This document shows, piece by piece, positions 33,067 through 38,951 of a DNA stretch of 38,951 nucleotides. Location: the NCBI GenBank assembly GCA_965544015.1, contig CBEULV010000002.1:1-38951 (forward strand), read 5' to 3'. The first letter of the stretch is position 1. The number at the start of each line of letters is the position of its first letter. The translations under genes and the position numbers were made by a program. Source of the DNA: an uncultured Gammaproteobacteria bacterium. Lineage in GTDB: Bacteria > Pseudomonadota > Gammaproteobacteria > UBA9214. A model generated the notes under the pieces. The model did no database searches. It was not told where the DNA came from and saw only the letters and a program-made list of their open reading frames with translations.

Positions 33067-33783
33067 ATGATCGTGCTGTTCACCGACTTCGGGCTGGAAG
33101 GGCCCTATACCGGTCAGGTGCAGGCCGTGCTGCACCGGCAGGCACCGGGTGTGCCGGTCGTCAGCCTGTTTTCTGATCTCGCATCATTTGATATCGAGGC
33201 TGCGGCGTACCTGCTGCCGGCCTATGCCGCCGGCTTTCCACCCGGCACGGTGTTTCTGTGCGTGGTTGATCCCGGTGTGGGCGGTACACGACCGGGTGTG
33301 GTGGTGCAGGCCGACGGGTGCTGGTACACGGGGCCGAACGACGGCCTGTTTGCACTGCTGGCGCGTCGTGCACGCGAGGTAATTTGCTGGCAGTTGCCGG
33401 ATGACGCGAATGCGTCGGCCAGCTTTCATGGCCGCGATGTGTTTGCGCCGGTTGCCGCGCGACTTGCGCGCGGCGGGCCTGTACATGGTGAAGCGGTTTC
33501 TACGGAGTTGCTGTTACAGCCGGCCTGGCCGGATGAACTGTGGCGCGTGGTGTATGTCGATCGTTACGGCAATGCCATCTCCGGGGTGCGTGCATCGGCT
33601 GTTAAAGACAACACGGTTTTCACACTGAATGGCCAGGCCGTGCATTGCGCACGTACCTTTTCGGGTGTGCGTGAGGGCGAGGTGTTCTGGTATGAGAACT
33701 CGAACGGCCTGCTGGAGTTTGCCGTGAATCGGGGACGAGCGGATGAGGTGCTGGGTTTGACGGTGGGCACGGGATTTAACTAA
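33067..33783 (+). CDS. SAM hydrolase / SAM-dependent halogenase family protein (DUF62, S-adenosyl-L-methionine hydroxide adenosyltransferase-like)
   Basis: 238-aa ORF with the family motifs TDFG(LEGPY), VDPGVGGTR, GPNDGL, FHGRDVFAPVA and VDRYGNA, plus a C-terminal LEFAVNRGRA segment. Confidence 0.85.
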   Translation: MIVLFTDFGLEGPYTGQVQAVLHRQAPGVPVVSLFSDLASFDIEAAAYLLPAYAAGFPPGTVFLCVVDPGVGGTRPGVVVQADGCWYTGPNDGLFALLARRAREVICWQLPDDANASASFHGRDVFAPVAARLARGGPVHGEAVSTELLLQPAWPDELWRVVYVDRYGNAISGVRASAVKDNTVFTLNGQAVHCARTFSGVREGEVFWYENSNGLLEFAVNRGRADEVLGLTVGTGFN

Positions 33784-33813
33784 TTGGCATCTCGCGCGTG
33801 CGGGAACGGAACC

Positions 33814-33839
33814 TGTAGGAGCGCCTCCGCCTGCGCGAC
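33814..33839 (+). repeat. REP-like element, single copy (TGTAGGAGCGCCTCCGCCTGCGCGAC)
   Basis: It has the same GTAG-headed family signature as the 29275-29463 cluster. Confidence 0.75.
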
Positions 33840-33850
33840 ATTTTTAAGGT

Positions 33851-33932
33851 TTGCCACAGAGAACACAGAGGATAAAACATCTATGTCGTTCCCGCGCAAT
33901 GTAGTGGGATGTACAAATGCCGCGGGAACGAC
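33851..33932 (+). repeat. Composite dispersed repeat, copy 2: TTGCCACAGAGAACACAGAGGATAAAACA head plus a 12-bp hairpin with a 24-nt loop
   Basis: The arms are GTCGTTCCCGCG (33885-33896) and CGCGGGAACGAC (33921-33932). The loop, caatGTAGTGgGATGTACAAatgc, carries the same GTAGTG..GATGTACA string seen in the rplJ-leader duplication. Confidence 0.8.
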
Positions 33933-33977
33933 GTAATTGTTATTTCTTTGCGCCTTGCGGCTCGGCGTGAAGGGGGT

Positions 33978-36839
33978 CTACCCCGCCTTCGCGTGTTTCG
34001 TGGTCTGACGCTTGTATTTAGCCAGCGTTTGCTTGAGGTACTTCCCGGTATAGGATGTTTTGTGTCTCGCGACCTCGGCCGGTGTGCCGGTGGTGACCAC
34101 CGTGCCGCCGCCGGTGCCACCTTCCGGTCCCATGTCGATTATCCAGTCGGCGGTCTTGATGACATCGAGGTTGTGCTCGATGACGACCACGGTATTGCCG
34201 TGATCGCGCAGGCGGTGCAGCACGGTGAGCAGTTGCGCGATATCATGAAAGTGCAGGCCGGTGGTGGGTTCGTCGAGAATGTACAGTGTCTTGCCGGTGT
34301 CGCGCTTGGACAGTTCGCGCGCCAGCTTGATGCGTTGCGCCTCGCCACCGGACAGTGTGGTGGCGTTCTGCCCGAGCGTGAGGTACGAGAGGCCGACATC
34401 CATCAGCGTCTGCAGTTTTCGTGAGACCACCGGGATGGCGCTGAAGAACGGCGTTGCGTCTTCCACGGTGAGTTCCAGCACCTCGTGGATGCTCTTGCCC
34501 TTGTAGCGTATGTCCAGTGTCTCGCGGTTGTAACGCTTGCTCTTGCACACGTCGCAGGGCACGTAGATGTCCGGCAGGAAATGCATCTCCACCTTGATGA
34601 CGCCGTCGCCCTGGCATGCCTCGCAGCGGCCACCCTTTACATTGAAGCTGAAACGGCCGGGCTTGTAGCCGCGCGAGCGCGCTTCCTGGGTGGCGGCGAA
34701 CAATTCGCGGATCGGCGTAAACAGGCCGGTGTAGGTGGCCGGGTTGGAGCGTGGTGTGCGCCCGATCGGGCTCTGGTCGATGTCAACGATCTTGTCGAAA
34801 TGCTCCAGGCCCTCGATGTCATCACAGGGCGCGGGGGCCTCCGATGCGCGGTTCAGCACCTGCGCGGCTCGCCGGTACAGCGTGTCGTTAACGAGTGTGG
34901 ACTTGCCGGAGCCGGACACGCCGGTTACACAGGTCATCAGTCCGACCGGGATCTCGACGTCGATCGACTGCAGGTTATTGCCGGTGGCGCCGCGGATGGT
35001 CAGCGTGCGCTTCGGGTCATGCGTGAACCGGCGCTCGGGAATGGCGATTACCTCGCGTCCGGACAGGTAGGCGCCGGTGAGCGAGTTCCTGTCTGCCATG
35101 ATCTGTTCCGGCGTGCCTTGCGAGACGATGTGCCCGCCGTGCACGCCGGCACCCGGTCCGATATCCACCACATGGTCGCCGGCGCGGATTGCCTCCTCGT
35201 CGTGTTCTATGACGATTACGGTGTTACCAAGATCGCGCAGGTGGTTGAGGGTGGCCAGCAGGCGCTGATTGTCTCTCTGGTGCAGACCGATGGAAGGTTC
35301 ATCCAGTACGTACATCACTCCGACCAGGCCCGCGCCGATCTGGCTGGCCAGCCGTATGCGTTGTGCCTCGCCGCCCGAGAGGGTCTCGGCGCTGCGCTCC
35401 AGTGACAGGTAATCCAGCCCGACGTTGACCAGGAACTCCAGCCGCAGGTTGATCTCCTTGAGAATCTTGCTGGCAATCTCGCCGCGTCGTCCCTTGAGTT
35501 GCAGTTTGCTGAGTAGCGCACGGCTGGTGCCGACCGGCAATGCGGTGATTTCCGGCAGGGTGCGATCGGCTACGGTGACATGGCGTGCCGAGCGATTGAG
35601 CCGTGCGCCATTGCAGTCCGGGCAGGACTGGTGGTTAAGGTAGCGCGCCAGTTCCTCGCGCACCGTGCTGGACTCGGTTTCGTGGTAACGACGCTTCATG
35701 TTCGGGATGATGCCCTCGAACGGGTGCTTTCGTTCCACCACGCCACGGCGTTCATTCAGGTAACGGAAGCGGATCGGCTCGCCCTTGCTGCCGTGCAGGA
35801 TGATGTCCTGAATTTTCTCCGGCAGTTCCTCGAACGGGGTTTCGATATCGAAATCGTAATGCTGCGCCAGTGAGGTGATGAGCTGGAAGTAATAGGCATT
35901 ACGGCGATCCCAGCCGCGCACCGCGCCACCGGCGAGACTCAGTTCGGGGTGACCGACCACGCGTTTTGGGTCGAAGAACTGGCGCACACCCAGGCCGTCG
36001 CAGGTCGGGCAGGCGCCGGCGGGGTTGTTGAACGAGAACAGTCGCGGTTCCAGTTCGGTAATGGAATAGCCGCATTGCGGGCAGGCAAACCTGGCGGAGA
36101 ACAGGATCTCCTCCGCATCATGTTTGTCCATCCATGCGATGCGCGCCACCCCGTCGGACAGGTTAAGCGCAGTTTCGAATGATTCCGCCAGGCGCTGCTG
36201 CAACCCCTCGCGCACCTTGAAGCGGTCAACCACTGCTTCGATTACGTGCTTGCGGCGCAGGTCGAGTTTCGGTGGCTGGTCCAGCTCGTGAATCTCGCCA
36301 TCGATGCGCGCGCGGATAAAACCCTGTGCACGCAATTCTTCCAGCACTTGCACGTGTTCACCCTTGCGCGCCTCCACCACCGGTGCCAGTAGTATCAGGC
36401 GACTGCCCTCCGGCATTGCCAGCACGTGGTCGACCATCTGGCTGATGGTTTGTGCCTCCAGTACCGTGCCATGGTCCGGGCAGTGCGGCGTGCCGACGCG
36501 CGCATACAGCAGGCGCAGGTAGTCGTAGATTTCGGTAATGGTGCCGACCGTGGAGCGTGGGTTGTGCGAGGTCGACTTCTGTTCGATGGAGATGGCCGGT
36601 GACAGGCCCTCGATGTGGTCGACGTCCGGCTTTTCCATTATCGACAGGAACTGGCGCGCGTAGGCCGACAGCGATTCCACATAGCGGCGCTGGCCCTCGG
36701 CATAGATGGTGTCAAACGCCAGTGACGACTTGCCGGAACCGGACAGGCCGGTGACCACGATCAGCTTGTCGCGCGGCAAATCGAGATCGATATTTTTCAG
36801 GTTGTGGGTGCGTGCACCGCGGATATGAATGGTGTCCAT
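33978..36839 (-). CDS. uvrA: Excinuclease ABC subunit A
   Basis: 953-aa ORF ([65 protein letters not shown]...). It has two ABC ATPase modules and Zn-finger Cys clusters. Confidence 0.99.
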   Translation of the reverse strand: MDTIHIRGARTHNLKNIDLDLPRDKLIVVTGLSGSGKSSLAFDTIYAEGQRRYVESLSAYARQFLSIMEKPDVDHIEGLSPAISIEQKSTSHNPRSTVGTITEIYDYLRLLYARVGTPHCPDHGTVLEAQTISQMVDHVLAMPEGSRLILLAPVVEARKGEHVQVLEELRAQGFIRARIDGEIHELDQPPKLDLRRKHVIEAVVDRFKVREGLQQRLAESFETALNLSDGVARIAWMDKHDAEEILFSARFACPQCGYSITELEPRLFSFNNPAGACPTCDGLGVRQFFDPKRVVGHPELSLAGGAVRGWDRRNAYYFQLITSLAQHYDFDIETPFEELPEKIQDIILHGSKGEPIRFRYLNERRGVVERKHPFEGIIPNMKRRYHETESSTVREELARYLNHQSCPDCNGARLNRSARHVTVADRTLPEITALPVGTSRALLSKLQLKGRRGEIASKILKEINLRLEFLVNVGLDYLSLERSAETLSGGEAQRIRLASQIGAGLVGVMYVLDEPSIGLHQRDNQRLLATLNHLRDLGNTVIVIEHDEEAIRAGDHVVDIGPGAGVHGGHIVSQGTPEQIMADRNSLTGAYLSGREVIAIPERRFTHDPKRTLTIRGATGNNLQSIDVEIPVGLMTCVTGVSGSGKSTLVNDTLYRRAAQVLNRASEAPAPCDDIEGLEHFDKIVDIDQSPIGRTPRSNPATYTGLFTPIRELFAATQEARSRGYKPGRFSFNVKGGRCEACQGDGVIKVEMHFLPDIYVPCDVCKSKRYNRETLDIRYKGKSIHEVLELTVEDATPFFSAIPVVSRKLQTLMDVGLSYLTLGQNATTLSGGEAQRIKLARELSKRDTGKTLYILDEPTTGLHFHDIAQLLTVLHRLRDHGNTVVVIEHNLDVIKTADWIIDMGPEGGTGGGTVVTTGTPAEVARHKTSYTGKYLKQTLAKYKRQTTKHAKAG

Positions 36840-36944
36840 GAATCACTATGTCTGGTCGGCCAACCTGTTAATATACTGCGTTTTCGAGACAACAGCCAAA
36901 AGGACAGACAGATTGTGACGCAGGCGGGGGAGAGTGGCAGTGGC

Positions 36945-38282
36945 ATGAGCCGCAGTGAATTGCGGGCAGCCCTTTCTCTTTCAAGTGTTTATGCCCTGCG
37001 TATGCTGGGTCTGTTCATGATTCTGCCGGTATTTGCCCTGTACGCCACCGAGCTTGAGGGCGTGACCCCGGCGCTGACCGGGCTGGCGATCGGTATCTAC
37101 GGCATCACCCAGGCACTGTTGCAGATTCCGGCCGGCCTGCTGTCCGACCGCATCGGGCGCAAGCCGGTGATTATAGGCGGCCTGCTGGTGTTTGCCGCAG
37201 GCAGCCTGATTGCCGCTAGCACCGACTCCATCCACATCATCATCCTGGGCCGTGCCATCCAGGGGGGCGGTGCCATTGCTGCGGCGATCATGGCGCTGAC
37301 CTCCGATCTCACGCGCGAGGAACACCGCATCAAGGCGATGGCGCTGATTGGCATGAGCATCGGCCTGTCGTTTGCCGTTGCGCTGATCCTCGGGCCGGTG
37401 CTGAATGAGTGGGTGGGGGTGCCCGGCATCTTCGGCCTGACCGCTATCCTCGCGCTGGCTGGTATCCTGGTGGTGGCTTTCGTGGTGCCGCGGCCGGCAC
37501 ACACGCAGATCCACCGTGAGTCGGAAGCGATTCCGGCCCAGTTCGGCCGTGTGCTGCGCCACACTGAACTGTTGCGGCTCGATTTCGGCATCCTCATGCT
37601 GCACGCCATTATTGTCGCAACGTTCGTGGTCATTCCGCTGGTACTGCGTGACGAGGCGGGTATTGCGGCCGCCGGGCACTGGCAGATCTACCTGCCGGTG
37701 CTGGTGTGCTCGGTGCTGGCAATGTTGCCATTCATCATCCTGGCGGAGCGCAAGGGCCACATCAAGCCGGTGTTCCTGGGCGCCATCGCGATGCTGGCGC
37801 TGGCGCAACTGGGATTGTACGTGGTGCCGGTGACGATGGTGAGCGTGGTGGTGCTGCTGTTGGTGTTTTTCAGCGCATTCAACCTGCTGGAGGCAATGCT
37901 GCCGTCGCTGGTCTCGCGCGTGGCGCCGGCCGACTGCCGCGGCACCGCGATGGGTTTCTATTCCAGTTCGCAATTCTTCGGTGCCTTTCTCGGTGGGGCG
38001 CTGGGTGGCTGGCTGCATGGCCTGTTCGGGCTGCACAGCGTGTTTGTCTGCGCTGCCGGGGGCACGCTGGTCTGGCTGCTGCTGGCGGCCTCGATGGCAC
38101 CGCCGGCAAAACTGAGTAGCGTGATCTATCGCACCGGGGTGTCCGGTGACGAGGAGGTTGATCGCCTGACGCGGCAATTGAGCGGTCTGGCCGGCGTGGC
38201 CGAGGTCGTGGTGGTGGCGGAAGAGGGTGTGGCTTATCTGAAGGTCGACAAGCGGGTATTCGATGAATCCGCGCTGCCGTGA
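36945..38282 (+). CDS. yajR: MFS transporter, YajR-like, with C-terminal YAM-type cytosolic domain
   Basis: The track ORF opens at 36804, overlapping the uvrA start. ATG 36945 gives MSRSELRAALSLSSVYALRMLGLFMILPVFALY...GIYGITQALLQIPAGLLSDRIGRKP, collinear with my recollection of E. coli YajR. The C-terminal AEEGVAYLKVDKRV resembles the YajR YAM domain. GTG 36915 is an alternative start. Confidence 0.8.
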   Translation: MSRSELRAALSLSSVYALRMLGLFMILPVFALYATELEGVTPALTGLAIGIYGITQALLQIPAGLLSDRIGRKPVIIGGLLVFAAGSLIAASTDSIHIIILGRAIQGGGAIAAAIMALTSDLTREEHRIKAMALIGMSIGLSFAVALILGPVLNEWVGVPGIFGLTAILALAGILVVAFVVPRPAHTQIHRESEAIPAQFGRVLRHTELLRLDFGILMLHAIIVATFVVIPLVLRDEAGIAAAGHWQIYLPVLVCSVLAMLPFIILAERKGHIKPVFLGAIAMLALAQLGLYVVPVTMVSVVVLLLVFFSAFNLLEAMLPSLVSRVAPADCRGTAMGFYSSSQFFGAFLGGALGGWLHGLFGLHSVFVCAAGGTLVWLLLAASMAPPAKLSSVIYRTGVSGDEEVDRLTRQLSGLAGVAEVVVVAEEGVAYLKVDKRVFDESALP

Positions 38283-38305
38283 TTATTGAAGGGCAGGGTG
38301 CGCTG

Positions 38306-38341
38306 ATTCCCTACCCGCAGCCGGGTAATCGGGGCGGGAAT
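38306..38341. repeat. ATTCCC-N24-GGGAAT hairpin, degenerate relative of the TTCCCGC...GCGGGAA repeat
   Basis: The sequence ATTCCCtaCCCGCagccgggtaatcgggGCGGGAAT lies 24 nt downstream of the yajR-like stop. Confidence 0.5.
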
Positions 38342-38450
38342 TCCAATAGAACCGCAACCGGCCTTCGCATAGAATAGGGGCCACCGTAGCTGCCGCTACA
38401 CACGCATCACCGGCGTAGTACACAACCTATAATAGAAACAGGAGAACATC

Positions 38451-38903
38451 ATGGCGCGAGGAATCAACAAGGTCATTCTGGTCGGTAACCTGGGCAAGGA
38501 TCCGGAAGTGCGCTACATGCCGAATGGTAATGCGGTCGCCAATATTACCCTCGCCACCTCGGAATCCTGGAAGGACAAGCAGACCGGCGAGACACAGGAA
38601 AAGACCGAGTGGCATCGTGTGGTGCTGTTCCGCCGCCTTGGCGAGATCGCCGGTGAGTATCTGAAGAAGGGTTCGCAGGTATATATTGAAGGCAAACTGC
38701 AGACCCGCAAGTGGCAGGACAATGCCGGTAACGACCGTTACACCACCGAAATTGTCGCCAACGAGATGCAGATGCTGGGTAGTCGTGGCGCTGGCGGCAG
38801 TGCCGGGTTCTCCTCCAGTGATGCGCCGGCCACGCAGACACCCGCAGCTGCGCCGGCAGTCGCGGAAGCGGGAGGCGAGTTCGACGACGACATCCCGTTC
38901 TGA
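38451..38903 (+). CDS. ssb: Single-stranded DNA-binding protein
   Basis: 150-aa ORF ([47 protein letters not shown]...) with a Gly/Ala/Pro-rich linker and the canonical acidic tip DDDIPF. An SD sequence (aggag) lies upstream. Confidence 0.98.
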   Translation: MARGINKVILVGNLGKDPEVRYMPNGNAVANITLATSESWKDKQTGETQEKTEWHRVVLFRRLGEIAGEYLKKGSQVYIEGKLQTRKWQDNAGNDRYTTEIVANEMQMLGSRGAGGSAGFSSSDAPATQTPAAAPAVAEAGGEFDDDIPF

Positions 38904-38925
38904 GTTTGCATGCCTTGCTGACCCG

Positions 38926-38951
38926 AAAAGGCCTGCATCTGCAGGCCTTTT
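38926..38951 (+). terminator. Intrinsic terminator after ssb (runs to the window edge)
   Basis: An AAAA run precedes the stem GGCCTGC/GCAGGCC (38930-38936 and 38941-38947), which is followed by TTTT at the end of the window. Confidence 0.75.

Noticed and set aside
36865-36878. LexA/SOS box candidate CTGTTAATATACTG.
   Set aside because: It does not satisfy CTGT-N8-ACAG or CTG-N10-CAG, because the right half-site is missing. It is kept only as a note in the findings.
36804-36944. The N-terminal 47 codons of the track ORF for the MFS gene, which overlap the uvrA start codon region.
   Set aside because: They have no homology to the YajR-type N-terminus. The conserved sequence begins at ATG 36945, and the upstream part is the divergent promoter region.

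Overview
This window is a moderately GC-rich, gammaproteobacterial-type chromosomal core region. Bases 1-29,220 hold the contiguous, all plus-strand transcription/translation super-cluster in canonical order. It runs rplK-rplA-rplJ-rplL-rpoB-rpoC, then the str (rpsL-rpsG-fusA-tuf), S10 (rpsJ to rpsQ), spc (rplN to secY-rpmJ) and alpha (rpsM-rpsK-rpsD-rpoA-rplQ) operons. That is 38 apparently intact genes. Bases 29.2-34.0 kb form a short variable slot between rplQ and uvrA. It carries a YcbB/LdtD-type L,D-transpeptidase, a DUF77 (MTH1187/YkoF-like) protein, a small lipoprotein, an SRPBCC/Aha1-like protein and a DUF62 SAM hydrolase-family protein. Bases 34.0-38.95 kb carry uvrA (minus), a YajR-like MFS transporter and ssb. 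I found no rRNA or tRNA genes, no CRISPR array, no transposase, integrase or phage genes, and no recognisable defence genes. I see no convincing evidence for a novel multi-gene system here, and most of the window is ordinary, highly conserved core genome. Five things are worth a second look. (1) Two or three families of small palindromic dispersed repeats (GTAG-headed REP/REPIN-like units and TTCCCGC...GCGGGAA hairpin units) fill the intergenic spaces, and related sequence appears inside core-operon spacers. (2) A tandemly duplicated 37-nt module with phased TGTACA palindromes sits in the rplJ leader. (3) The tuf gene has a codon-usage signature clearly different from all flanking genes. (4) A near-consensus str promoter fires directly into the rpoC terminator hairpin. 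(5) A roughly 490-bp unassigned stretch contains an AT-rich islet and a well-signalled 39-codon hydrophobic ORF. Several ORF-track starts were trimmed to homolog-consistent start codons.
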